Positions 1 through 8,477 are shown, counted from the stretch's first letter. The stretch: 17,618 bases of DNA from an uncultured Deinococcales bacterium (GCA_964244895.1 CAXTKV010000091.1:1823-19440); one strand, 5' to 3'. Translations and numbers: made by a program. Notes: generated by a model not told the origin, from the sequence alone.

Positions 1-11
1 AACTGATTTTC

Positions 12-39
12 GTAGGGGCGCAATAAATTGCGCCCCTAC
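12..39. repeat. GTAG-type REP-like palindrome
   Basis: GTAGGGGCGCAAT-AA-ATTGCGCCCCTAC, perfect 13-bp inverted repeat starting with the GTAG tetranucleotide typical of RAYT-associated REPs. Confidence 0.75.
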
Positions 40-137
40 CAGTTGGTAAGGTTTTTTCGCGCGTCGACCTTTACGAATACCGCTGCAAAGCAGGGGAGGA
101 CTTTAGCCGTGCGGGAACGCTTCTCAGGCTGCGACCG

Positions 138-143
138 TAGACT
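138..143 (+). promoter_or_regulatory. -10 box (TAGACT) for a probably leaderless kinase transcript
   Basis: TAGACT 8 nt before ATG 152, no Shine-Dalgarno. Confidence 0.5.
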
Positions 144-151
144 GAACCTGA

Positions 152-1738
152 ATGAACGCGTGCCCGTATTGCGGCCAGTCGGTCGCGCCAAGCGATTCGA
201 CCTGTTCCGCCTGCGGTTCGCCGCTCGGTGGGTTCGTGCTGCCGGAAAACGCGCTCCTGGCGGAAGGCAAGATTCGGCTGGAAGGCGTGCTGGGGCAGGG
301 CGGCTTCGGCATCACGTACTCGGCGGCGTCGGTCGCGTTGGGCATCCCGGTGGCGGTCAAGGAGTTCTTCCCGGAGGGTTCCACGCGGCGCGGCGCGCAA
401 CTCGTGCCGCCCACAACGCTGTTGGGGCAGGGTTTCATCGAAACCAAAGACCGCTTTCTCGAGGAGGCGCGGTTGCTGGCGCGGTTTCAGCATCCGGGCG
501 TGGTGCGGGTCTACGACGCGTTTAGTGAAAACAACACGGCTTACCTGGTGATGGAACGGCTCGAGGGCGAGACGCTGGGCGCGCGGTTGTCGCGGGTCAG
601 GACGCTGCCCTCGCGCGAGATCGAATCGTTGGCGCTCGAGTTGCTGGACGCGCTTTCGGCGGTTCACGGCGCGGGTCTGTTGCACCGCGACCTCAAGCCG
701 GACAACGTTTTCTTAAGGCCAGACGGTCGGGCGGTGCTGATCGATTTCGGTTCGGCGCGCGGCTTCAGCGGTTCAAAAACCGTGCAGCACACGCGCATGG
801 TCACGCCGGGGTACGCCGCACCGGAGCAGTACGCGTCGAGCGCCAGGTTCGGACCGTACACGGATTTGTACGGTCTGGCCGCGACCCTGTTTCACGCCGC
901 GACCGGGCAGATGCCGCCCAGCGCGACGGATCGGTTCATCGGGACACCCTTGCCTGCGTTGCCAGCCAGCCTGAGCGCGGGTTTGCGCGCCGCCATCGAG
1001 CGCGGTTTGACGCTGAACGTATCGGAACGCCCGCAGGCGGTCGCGGATTTTATCGGGTTGATCGGCGGGGCAAACTCGGGCCAGCGCGTTTCGGTGATCG
1101 AACCGCTGCTCGAGGAACAACGGCGCTGGTACAGGCAGCTTTCCTGGATCGCCATTCAGCGCGGGTACAAGGAAGGCTGGGTCGGGCACCGCTACAGCGA
1201 CAAGTTCGGCGAATGGCCGACCGAAGCCATGAAATGGCAACCGCCGGAACCCGCGATGGCGGACGTGCTGGCGTTCACGAAAACGGCTTCGCCACCGCGT
1301 GCAGCCCCGTTGCCCAGCCCCGCCTCGAGGGCGTGGACGAACCAACCCAGCGCGAACCAATCCGCTGCTTCGGCGGAACGCGTGATTTACCGCGCCGGGA
1401 ACGTGATCCTGACGACGCGTTACCTGACCATCGGCGCGGACACGGTGCCGTTGTTGCAGTTTTCTCGGGTGGATCTGGAGCGCTCGTTCTCGCAATCGTC
1501 GCAACTGGGTTCTTACGGTTGCCTGGGGTGCCTGGGCGTGCTGCTGTTGATGGTCTTTCCACCCGCCGGGGTGTTTTTGATCGTGGTCAGCCTTGTTTCG
1601 GCCTTCGTCTCGAGGGTCGCGCGCAGCGAGGTCTTTCACGTTTCCCTGCGCGGCCCTCAGGGTCGGGTGCGGGTCATGAGCACCAACGACAAGAGAGAGG
1701 CCGAAGCCCTCTTGGAGGAACTGGTGAAGCTCGTGTGA
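152..1738 (+). CDS. Hanks-type Ser/Thr protein kinase with N-terminal zinc ribbon and C-terminal DUF6232-like/TM region
   Basis: CPYCG...CSACG; GQGGFG, VAVKE, HRDLKPDN, DFG, TPGYAAPEQ, DLYG kinase motifs; hydrophobic hairpin near the C-terminus. Confidence 0.95.
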   Translation: MNACPYCGQSVAPSDSTCSACGSPLGGFVLPENALLAEGKIRLEGVLGQGGFGITYSAASVALGIPVAVKEFFPEGSTRRGAQLVPPTTLLGQGFIETKDRFLEEARLLARFQHPGVVRVYDAFSENNTAYLVMERLEGETLGARLSRVRTLPSREIESLALELLDALSAVHGAGLLHRDLKPDNVFLRPDGRAVLIDFGSARGFSGSKTVQHTRMVTPGYAAPEQYASSARFGPYTDLYGLAATLFHAATGQMPPSATDRFIGTPLPALPASLSAGLRAAIERGLTLNVSERPQAVADFIGLIGGANSGQRVSVIEPLLEEQRRWYRQLSWIAIQRGYKEGWVGHRYSDKFGEWPTEAMKWQPPEPAMADVLAFTKTASPPRAAPLPSPASRAWTNQPSANQSAASAERVIYRAGNVILTTRYLTIGADTVPLLQFSRVDLERSFSQSSQLGSYGCLGCLGVLLLMVFPPAGVFLIVVSLVSAFVSRVARSEVFHVSLRGPQGRVRVMSTNDKREAEALLEELVKLV

Positions 1739-1744
1739 GGCGGC

Positions 1745-1784
1745 ACCGTCCAGGACGCCGTCCCTGGCTTGCGTGCTGGACGGT
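1745..1784. repeat. ACCGTCC-family REP-like inverted repeat
   Basis: ACCGTCCAGGACG ... CGTGCTGGACGGT directly after the kinase stop. Confidence 0.75.
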
Positions 1785-1934
1785 CTTTTCAGCACTTGAT
1801 GCCCGATTTACCGAAGCGCTGTGGAATGGCACGCATCGCCGTGCGAAATGGCACGCATCGCTCGAGGCCCGCACGTACCGCAGCTCGAGACCGCATAAGC
1901 TCAAACACGCGCGCATCGCGCAGACGGAGGGAAC

Positions 1935-2654
1935 ATGCTCTGGTGGGTTCTGATGGTTTTCGGAGTGACCGTGCTGGTGCTGCAATGGATGATTTTTCGT
2001 CGGCAGTTCGCGTTCATCCTGGCCGGGTTGCTGTTGATCGTCGGCGGTGGTCTGGGCGTGGCGGGCGTGTGGCAGCGCGGCACGAATCCGCTCGAGCAGG
2101 CGGTCGGAGCCATCCGCCGCCAGGTTCCCGGCGTGATCCCACCGAGCGCCCCGGCGGACGCGCCCGTCGGCCCGTTGCCGACCCCGCCAGCCCCTGATCC
2201 CGGCTCGAGCGCGACCAGCCCGAGTCCCGCCAGCCCGAGTCCCGCCAGCCACGAGCCCGCCACGCCACCCGCGAGCGTCGCGCCGGAGCCGCCGACCAAC
2301 ACCAATCCGAGCGAACTCCCGCCGCCCCAACCGCAGACGCCACCCGCGTCACCCAGCCCCGCGCCGACCAGCCCGACGCCCGCCAGCCCACCGCCGAGCG
2401 CGACTGAACCGCCCGCCACGACCCCGCTGCCGGAACGCTACGCCCTCGAGATCAACGCGAACGCCACCGATGCGAGCGTCAAACTCGCGCGAGCGGACGG
2501 CACAGAGATCGGCTCGAAAGGCGCGCCCGCAAAATTCGAGAATCTCGAGGCGGGAACGTACACCGTCACCGTCGAATCGCCGGGAACGAAAGGGTTCAAG
2601 GGTTCGATCAGCCTGCCGCAATCGCGCAGCCTGACGGTTTACCTCGAGAAGTAA
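1935..2654 (+). CDS. Membrane-anchored Pro/Ser/Thr-rich protein with C-terminal PEGA/carboxypeptidase-regulatory-like beta domain
   Basis: GGAGGG RBS, two N-terminal hydrophobic segments, long Pro-rich linker, C-terminal NLEAGTYTVTVESPG motif. Confidence 0.8.
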   Translation: MLWWVLMVFGVTVLVLQWMIFRRQFAFILAGLLLIVGGGLGVAGVWQRGTNPLEQAVGAIRRQVPGVIPPSAPADAPVGPLPTPPAPDPGSSATSPSPASPSPASHEPATPPASVAPEPPTNTNPSELPPPQPQTPPASPSPAPTSPTPASPPPSATEPPATTPLPERYALEINANATDASVKLARADGTEIGSKGAPAKFENLEAGTYTVTVESPGTKGFKGSISLPQSRSLTVYLEK

Positions 2655-2815
2655 GTCTCAGGGAAAGCATTCGTGATGCGGACGAATCCAACGTCCGCGC
2701 CACGTTTCGTTGATGCTCGAGCAGCAACATTGGTGAACCTACGCGCCCCGAGGGAACGGGCAGGTTCATGAACGGGATTGAGCGTCCAGTGCGCGAATTC
2801 TCGAGATTAAAAAAC

Positions 2816-2830
2816 ACCGTCTGGGACGGT
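2816..2830. repeat. ACCGTCC-family short palindrome between convergent genes
   Basis: ACCGTC-TGG-GACGGT. Confidence 0.55.
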
Positions 2831-2831
2831 T

Positions 2832-3353
2832 TTATTTAACCTCGACCAGTTCCACGTCGAACACCAGCGCGGCGTTCGGCGGGATCACGCCGCCCGCACC
2901 CTGAGCGCCGTAGCCCAGGCTCGAGGGGATGATCAATCGGCGTTTGCCGCCGACTTTCATGCCCGCCACGCCCTGATCCCAGCCTTTGATGACCGCGCCC
3001 GCACCGAGCGGGAAGTCGAAGGGTTGGTTGCGGTCGCAGGACGCATCAAATTTCTTGCCGTCCACCAACCGCCCGATGTAGTTGACCACGACCGTCTTGC
3101 CAGTGATGGCTTCCGCACCCGTGCCGACCAGCATGTCTTCCATCTTGAGTTCCGTCACGCTGGCGTCGGTCAATCCGGTCGCGGGCGCGGGCTGATCCTG
3201 GCACAGGGGTTTGGTGCTGGCGCTCGGTGCGGCGGGCGGTGTCGTGCTCGAGTTGGTACTCGAGCTGGTGCTGGCGTTCGGGTCTTTGCACGCGATCAGC
3301 GATCCCAGGGCGACGAGCGAGATCACGGTCAACAGCATTCTGGAAATATTCAC
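2832..3353 (-). CDS. FKBP-type peptidyl-prolyl cis-trans isomerase, lipoprotein
   Basis: VVNYIGRL.DGKKFDAS, VIKGWDQGVAGMKVGGKRRLIIPSSLGYG, IPPNAALVFDVELV; lipobox LIAC; TAGAAT 6 nt before the GTG start. Confidence 0.95.
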   Translation of the reverse strand: MNISRMLLTVISLVALGSLIACKDPNASTSSSTNSSTTPPAAPSASTKPLCQDQPAPATGLTDASVTELKMEDMLVGTGAEAITGKTVVVNYIGRLVDGKKFDASCDRNQPFDFPLGAGAVIKGWDQGVAGMKVGGKRRLIIPSSLGYGAQGAGGVIPPNAALVFDVELVEVK

Positions 3354-3444
3354 GGCTCGATTCTACCCAATGCGCCGTACCAGACGACCCGACCAGATCA
3401 GGACAGCGCACAGGACGACCTTACGCTCGAGGGGCGGATGGAAT

Positions 3445-3470
3445 TGAACCTTCTGTCGAACACTGACGTA
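3445..3470 (+). promoter_or_regulatory. Candidate ECF-sigma promoter TGAACC-N16-CGTA
   Basis: Same motif with identical 16-nt spacing also at 4131-4156 upstream of the paralog. Confidence 0.6.
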
Positions 3471-3505
3471 CCTCCCCTCGAGTTCAGACTCACCGGAGGT
3501 TCCAC

Positions 3506-4078
3506 ATGAAAAAAACCGTCGCCGCATTGATGTCCGCCGTCCTCGCCACCAGCATCGCGCTCGCCGCACCCGTCTTCAAGTTTAGCACCGACCCGAAAGC
3601 CAACCTGATGATGATGGGTCAGACCATCGAACTGAGCGCGTACCCGAAAGCCAAATTGCTTTCCAAGACCGTCACGAATTCCAGCGCGACCCTGGTCTAC
3701 GCGGGTTCTGACGCGGCGGGCGCGTACGCTTTCTACGACAAGGCGCTCAAGTCCGAAGGCTGGAAGGACGCGCCCGCCATGAAGTCCGGCGACGCGATGA
3801 AGTCGGGCGACACGATGAAGTCCGGCGATGCCACCAAGACGGACGACACCATGAAGACCGCCGACGCGACCAAAACCGACAGCACCATGAAATCCGCTGA
3901 CACCATGACCAAAACGGGCGATGCCATGAAGTCCGGCGACACCATGATGAAGGGCGTCGAAGGCATGAAGATGAAGGACGGCAGCTACCAGGGCCACTAC
4001 ACCCTGAAGAACTACACGCTCGGCCTGAGCACGTCCGTCAAGGACAGCAAGGTCTACGTCAACTTCGGCGTCAAGTAA
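3506..4078 (+). CDS. Secreted Met-rich repeat protein (paralog 1, MKSGD(A/T) hexad repeats)
   Basis: GGAGG RBS, signal peptide ending ALA-A, internal mostly 18-bp repeats about 3776-3952, homologous to the 4192..4779 protein. Confidence 0.88.
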   Translation: MKKTVAALMSAVLATSIALAAPVFKFSTDPKANLMMMGQTIELSAYPKAKLLSKTVTNSSATLVYAGSDAAGAYAFYDKALKSEGWKDAPAMKSGDAMKSGDTMKSGDATKTDDTMKTADATKTDSTMKSADTMTKTGDAMKSGDTMMKGVEGMKMKDGSYQGHYTLKNYTLGLSTSVKDSKVYVNFGVK

Positions 4079-4130
4079 ACCAGTCGAGAGAAATGGGCCG
4101 GACGCGTTCTCGTGACTCGAGAACACCGAT

Positions 4131-4156
4131 TGAACCTTTTGCCTTTGGTCTGCGTA
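4131..4156 (+). promoter_or_regulatory. Candidate ECF-sigma promoter TGAACC-N16-CGTA
   Basis: Duplicate of the motif at 3445-3470 with a largely different spacer sequence. Confidence 0.6.
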
Positions 4157-4191
4157 GATCGTCTCGAGTGAACAACTCAACAGGAGGCCGT

Positions 4192-4779
4192 ATGAACAAG
4201 ACCATGAAAATCGCCTTGATGTCCGCCGCCATAGCCACTGCTGGAATTGCGTTGGCCGCACCGGAATTCTTGTTCGTCAAGGATTTGAAATCCAACGGCA
4301 TGATGATGACGATGGGCAAGAAAGAAGTCATCGAACTGGCCGCGTACCCGGCGCTGAAGCTGGCGGCGCGCAACGTTTCGGCCACGCAAGCGACCTTTAT
4401 TTTCAACATCGGCGAGGCCAAAGACCCGCTGCACGGCGCGTTCGATTTCTACGGTAAGGCGCTCGAGAAAGAAGGCTGGAAGGCCGCTGGCGACGCGATG
4501 ATGAAAGATGGCGACACCATGGCCAAAACCGGTGACGCCATGACGAAACCGGGTGACACGATGACAAAGCCCGGCGATACGATGACCAAAACTGGCGACA
4601 CCATGACCAAAACCGGCGATACCATGACCAAAACTGGCGATACCATGACCAAAACTGGTGACGCGATGGGCGCGATGATGAAGCCCCTGAGCGAGAAGTA
4701 CGCGCTCAAGGATCACAGCATCACGCTGAGCGCCAAGCAGACCAAAACGACCGTCGAAGTCGATCTGGTTCTGAAGTAA
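4192..4779 (+). CDS. Secreted Met-rich repeat protein (paralog 2, GDTMTKT heptad repeats)
   Basis: AGGAGG RBS before ATG 4192 (ORF track start 4093 is too early); signal peptide; nine heptads. Confidence 0.88.
   Translation: MNKTMKIALMSAAIATAGIALAAPEFLFVKDLKSNGMMMTMGKKEVIELAAYPALKLAARNVSATQATFIFNIGEAKDPLHGAFDFYGKALEKEGWKAAGDAMMKDGDTMAKTGDAMTKPGDTMTKPGDTMTKTGDTMTKTGDTMTKTGDTMTKTGDAMGAMMKPLSEKYALKDHSITLSAKQTKTTVEVDLVLK
4489..4677 (+). repeat. Coding 21-bp tandem repeat x9 (GD[T/A]MxKx)
   Basis: GDAMMKD GDTMAKT GDAMTKP GDTMTKP GDTMTKT x4 GDAMGAM. Confidence 0.9.
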
Positions 4780-4794
4780 AGCCATCGGCCAAAG

Positions 4795-4828
4795 ACCTCT
4801 CGCCCGAATATACCGGGCGAGAGGTTTT
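4795..4828 (+). terminator. Intrinsic terminator
   Basis: ACCTCTCGCCCG / CGGGCGAGAGGT 12-bp stem, 7-nt loop, followed by TTT, just after stop 4779. Confidence 0.75.
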
Positions 4829-4881
4829 CGTGTTTCTCGAGGGTGGTCAGATCGCACATCACCCGTGCAGGCTGGGCTTTC

Positions 4882-4906
4882 GTGGGGGCGGGCCTGTGAC
4901 CCGCCC
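4882..4906. repeat. GTAG/GTGG-type REP-like palindrome
   Basis: GTGGGGGCGGG-CCTGTGA-CCCGCCC. Confidence 0.55.
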
Positions 4907-4941
4907 TGCCCGAGACTCGCCCAAAATCCGTCCTGATATGG

Positions 4942-4989
4942 GAACACCGTCCAGGACGCGTTCTTGGAACTATGTCCTGGACGGTGTTC
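4942..4989. repeat. ACCGTCC-family REP-like inverted repeat
   Basis: GAACACCGTCCAGGAC / GTCCTGGACGGTGTTC perfect 16-bp arms. Confidence 0.8.
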
Positions 4990-4999
4990 TCGAGCAAAT

Positions 5000-6181
5000 T
5001 CAGGTGCGCAGCATCCGCGCGATCTCGTCCAGGCGTTCGGCGGCGGCGTCCAGCGTGGCTTGCGTCTTGCAGAACGCGAAGCGGAAAAACGGCGGCGCGA
5101 GCTGTTCGGTTTGGGGCGTGTAGAACACATTCCCGGGCATGGCGGCGAGTTTGGCTTCGGTGAGCATCCATGTCGAGAAGGCCATCGCGTCGTCGGTCAG
5201 GCCGGACGCGTCCGCGACGACGTAGTACGAACCCTCGGAAATCCAGGGTTGGAATCCAGCCCCGGAAAGCGCAGCGCACAAGAAGTCGCGCTTGCGGCGG
5301 AAATCCTGGCGCAAGTTTGTTTCGTAACCCATCGATCCCATCCGCTCGAGTGCGATGGCCACGGCTTCCTGGACGGGCGTGGTGGCGCAGAACGGAACCC
5401 ACTGGTGACCGCGCCGGATGGCGGCGGTCACGTCCGGGCTGGCCACCGTCCAGCCGATGCGCCAGCCGGTCGCGCCGAAGATCTTGCCCGCCGATCCGAT
5501 GGTGATCGTGCGTTCGCGCATGCCGGGCAGGGACGCGAAAGACGTGTGCGGAAGCTCGAAGAACAAGCGGTCGTAGACCTCATCGGCGATCACGTACAGG
5601 TCGAACTCGAGCGCAATTCTCGCGATACCTTGGAGTTCCGCGCGGGAAAAGACCTTGCCGGTCGGGTTGTGCGGCGTGTTCAGGATCAGCAATTTGGTGC
5701 GCGCTGAACAGGCTGCCCGCAATTTCTCGAGATCGAGCGTCCAGCCCAACGGCCCGGCTTCCAGCCTGACGTAAACGGGCACGGATTCCGCGAGTTCAAT
5801 TTGCGGCGTGTACGTGTCAAATTTGGGCAGCATCACGATGGTCTCGTCGCCGGGATCGAGGATCGCCTGCATGGTGGCGTGCAGCGCCTGGGTCGCGCCG
5901 ACCGTGATCGTGATTTGGCTGTCTGGGTCGGGTGCGAATCCAAGTTGGGGCGCGAGCAACCCAGAGACGGCGCGTTGCAACCTCGGCCAGCCTTTGGGCG
6001 GCGCGTACTGGTGCCAATTCGAGGCGAAAGCTTCGCGCGCGGCATCCAGCACGAAATCGGCGGGCGGAAAATCCGGGAAGCCCTGACCCAGATTGACCGC
6101 CCCGACTTTTTGCGCCAGTTGGGTCATCTCGCCGAAGGCGCTCGGGCCGTAAGTCTCGACGCGGGAAGCAGTCGGTTTCAT
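5000..6181 (-). CDS. PLP-dependent aminotransferase class I/II (YbdL/methionine or kynurenine aminotransferase-like)
   Basis: VNLGQGFPDF, NTPHNPTGK, DEVYD, SAGKIFGATGWRIGW (PLP lysine), RFAFCK. Confidence 0.93.
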   Translation of the reverse strand: MKPTASRVETYGPSAFGEMTQLAQKVGAVNLGQGFPDFPPADFVLDAAREAFASNWHQYAPPKGWPRLQRAVSGLLAPQLGFAPDPDSQITITVGATQALHATMQAILDPGDETIVMLPKFDTYTPQIELAESVPVYVRLEAGPLGWTLDLEKLRAACSARTKLLILNTPHNPTGKVFSRAELQGIARIALEFDLYVIADEVYDRLFFELPHTSFASLPGMRERTITIGSAGKIFGATGWRIGWTVASPDVTAAIRRGHQWVPFCATTPVQEAVAIALERMGSMGYETNLRQDFRRKRDFLCAALSGAGFQPWISEGSYYVVADASGLTDDAMAFSTWMLTEAKLAAMPGNVFYTPQTEQLAPPFFRFAFCKTQATLDAAAERLDEIARMLRT

Positions 6182-6280
6182 GACGCGTTGAGCATACCGT
6201 CAGCGCCGAACCCACCGCTCGAGACCTCGCCCACAGCCAGACCTCTTGCGAACGTCAGTCTCGAGCACGTCTTCACGCGA

Positions 6281-6342
6281 GGGCAACCATCAAGGTTGCC
6301 CCTACAGGACAGGTTTTGTAGGGGTATGGCTTGTCCCTACCC
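6281..6342. repeat. Inverted pair of GTAG-type REPs (REPIN-like)
   Basis: GGGCAACC-ATCAA-GGTTGCCCCTAC (6281-6305) facing GTAGGGGTATGGCTTGTCCCTACCC (6318-6342). Confidence 0.65.
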
Positions 6343-6439
6343 TTCCCTCGGGACGTGTTCGATCAGGTTTGCAGGAGGTTTATTTTGCTGTCATGCTGGG
6401 GAGGCGCAACGAAGCATATTTGGTCGCTCGATCTCGCGT

Positions 6440-7690
6440 TTACCGCGCCCGGAGCGGCACGCGCACGGTTCCATCCGGCAGTTTCAGCACGGCTTCCCAG
6501 TGGCCGCTCATCCAGAAGGGGCAATACGTGCTGAACGACCCCGGCGCGCTGGACGCGATCTTGAACGGGATGGGCTGCATGGCGTGATCGAGCATGTTCA
6601 TCTGGCCGCTCAGGTCAAAATTGATCGGCGCGGGTTTGCCGGAGGCGTCCTCGACGCGCACCTCCAGATTCGTGCCGCCGTCGGTGGGTTTGAACACGCC
6701 GTTCACGATCCAGTTTGTGGTGCGTTCGGAAAAAGTGACCTCGCTGCGCAGGGTCACGCCAGGTTCGGGTGGGGGTTGCGTCACCAGGTAACCGCTGGCC
6801 AGCAGCACACCGACCAGCAGGGCGCTCTCGACCCGCATGACGCGACGGAATTTTTCCAGGTTGGGCGCGGTGCGTTGGCGGGTCAACAGCGGCAGCGTGC
6901 GGAACCGGTTGTCCCAGGCGATGCTCAACACCAGCGCCACGATGACCAGCTTGACCAACAACGATTGCCCGTAGCTCGAGCCGGTCAGGGCGCGCAGGGC
7001 GTAGACGTGAACGATGCTGGCGTACACGCCCGTGGCGGTCATGGCGATCACGGCCATCAAGCCGATGGCGGAGACGCGTTTGAGCGCCTCGATGTTCGGT
7101 TCCAGGTACTTCCAGCCCGAAGTCGGCGAGAACGCCAGAAACCCGACCGCGCCGACCCAGGCGACCATGGCGGACAGGTGGATCAGATCGGAAAAGAACG
7201 TGAAGCTGGCCCAGCCGTCCACCCCGGCGTGGCTGGTCAGGCTGAGCGTGGCCAGCACCGCCACGCTCAGCACGCCGTGCAGCACGCGATCCGTGATGCC
7301 TTCGCCGGGTTCGGCTCGAGACGCGATACCCAGTTTGCTCGAGCCGCCCGTATTTTTCGTGATCCCCAATCCCAGCCCGAAGACCGCCAGCGACAGAATG
7401 ACTCGCGCGATCGTGGCCGTACCGTGCCTGGAACCCGTGGTGTACGACCAGAAGGTCGGGAAGTCTAGCCCGGCGTAGACGCGGTTGGCGGTGAACGCGA
7501 CATCGGTGATGCTCGAGCCGATCACGACGACCGCACCCGCCAGAAGCGCCAGCTTCAACCAGCGCTCCAGCGCGTCCGGCACGGCGCTCGTCCAGACGTG
7601 GCGCGCGAATACGCCCGCGCCCAACAGCAGCACGCACCCGGCGAACAGACCGAAGCGGATCAGTGCAGGAATCACTTCAGGTGAGAGCAA
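6440..7690 (-). CDS. copD: CopD-family copper uptake membrane protein fused to a C-terminal YtkA-like domain
   Basis: SLTSHAG, DLIHLSAMVAWVGAV, YGQSLLVKL, RVESALL motifs; C-terminal MNMLDHAM...MSGHW; GGAGG 5 nt before TTG at 7690. Confidence 0.88.
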   Translation of the reverse strand: MLSPEVIPALIRFGLFAGCVLLLGAGVFARHVWTSAVPDALERWLKLALLAGAVVVIGSSITDVAFTANRVYAGLDFPTFWSYTTGSRHGTATIARVILSLAVFGLGLGITKNTGGSSKLGIASRAEPGEGITDRVLHGVLSVAVLATLSLTSHAGVDGWASFTFFSDLIHLSAMVAWVGAVGFLAFSPTSGWKYLEPNIEALKRVSAIGLMAVIAMTATGVYASIVHVYALRALTGSSYGQSLLVKLVIVALVLSIAWDNRFRTLPLLTRQRTAPNLEKFRRVMRVESALLVGVLLASGYLVTQPPPEPGVTLRSEVTFSERTTNWIVNGVFKPTDGGTNLEVRVEDASGKPAPINFDLSGQMNMLDHAMQPIPFKIASSAPGSFSTYCPFWMSGHWEAVLKLPDGTVRVPLRAR

Positions 7691-7717
7691 ATGCGCCTCC
7701 GGGTCTCGAGAATACCG

Positions 7718-7834
7718 TTCTTGCTCACAAGACAGCACCTAACGGGCTGTTCGCGCTTCTTGCTCACAAGACAGCACCTAACGGGCTGTTCGCGCTTCTT
7801 GCTCACGGGATAGCACCTAACGGGCTGTTCGCGC
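7718..7834. repeat. 39-bp tandem repeat x3 inserted in an ACCGTCC-family REP
   Basis: TTCTTGCTCACAAGACAGCACCTAACGGGCTGTTCGCGC at 7718, 7757 and a variant at 7796; flanked by GAGAATACCG and TCCCAGACGC. Confidence 0.92.
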
Positions 7835-7888
7835 TCCCAGACGCCCAGCAGCAAACCCTGTGCTGGACGGTGGTTCAGTGATATCAAC

Positions 7889-8368
7889 TTATTTCATACC
7901 GTCGAGGTGAAAGTGAATGAAGCCCTTTTCCACGTGCGTGTCCACGCTGGTGACTTGAAATGCCACGACGTACACGCCGGGCTGTCTCATGCCCGGTTTG
8001 AGCGCCAGCGTGACGGTCTTGGTCTGGGCGGGCGTGCCGGGCGCGTATCCGGCATCCACGCGATCCTTGCCATCCGTCTTGGCGCTGATGGCTTTGTTCG
8101 CGATTTGCTCGGCCACGTCATCCATCGATGAAGCGCTCATGGCCTTGCCGTTTTTCATCATCGATTCCATCGGGGCGTAGACGACCTTGAAGACGGAAAG
8201 TTTCGTCTCGAGCGGCTCGTCGAAGGTCAGGCTGACGGTTTTCGGCATGACCGCGACGTGCGCGTGGTCCTTGGGCGCGCTGGCCTTGACGTTCGAGTGC
8301 GCCAGCACGATGCCCGCGGTGCCTGCGGCGGCGAGTACAGCGGCGATCGCGAGCGGTTTGATGTTCAT
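7889..8368 (-). CDS. copC: CopC-family periplasmic copper-binding protein (Met/His-enriched)
   Basis: Signal peptide VLA-H, S.P.D, LTFDEP, PGVYVV...SVDTH; AAGGAG RBS. Confidence 0.9.
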   Translation of the reverse strand: MNIKPLAIAAVLAAAGTAGIVLAHSNVKASAPKDHAHVAVMPKTVSLTFDEPLETKLSVFKVVYAPMESMMKNGKAMSASSMDDVAEQIANKAISAKTDGKDRVDAGYAPGTPAQTKTVTLALKPGMRQPGVYVVAFQVTSVDTHVEKGFIHFHLDGMK

Positions 8369-8394
8369 GTATCTCCTTGCGCAGCCGTTTCACC

Positions 8395-8477
8395 CGAGGG
8401 ACGAGGAATCACGCGAACTCGAGGAACGAGAAATTCTGCGTATTCGAGGGACGAGGAATCCTGCGTATTCGAGGAAC
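8395..8477. repeat. 25-bp tandem repeat, about 3.3 copies
   Basis: CGAGG(G/A)ACGAG(G/A)AAT...GCG.A.T at 8395, 8420, 8445, partial at 8470. Confidence 0.8.

Noticed and set aside
1935..3353. Functional link between the kinase, the SP/TP-rich protein and the FKBP isomerase
   Set aside because: Only adjacency supports it; FKBP is convergent, and the topology of the Pro-rich region relative to the kinase domain cannot be established from the sequence.
6318..6342. GGGGTA...TACCC as a CsoR copper operator
   Set aside because: Orientation and context fit a GTAG REP, and it lies downstream of copD rather than in a copper-gene promoter.
5801..7468. 555-aa plus-strand ORF
   Set aside because: Antisense to the aminotransferase and copD, crosses REP DNA, no recognisable domain.
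7718..7834. 39-bp repeats as a CRISPR array (also 13453-13530)
   Set aside because: Units are head-to-tail with no unique spacers, and there is no leader or cas gene.
7663..7887. Short ORFs reading through the 39-bp repeats (also 13330..13542, 13367..13756, 13434..13850)
   Set aside because: They stay open only because the unit length is a multiple of three; no RBS or protein-like features.
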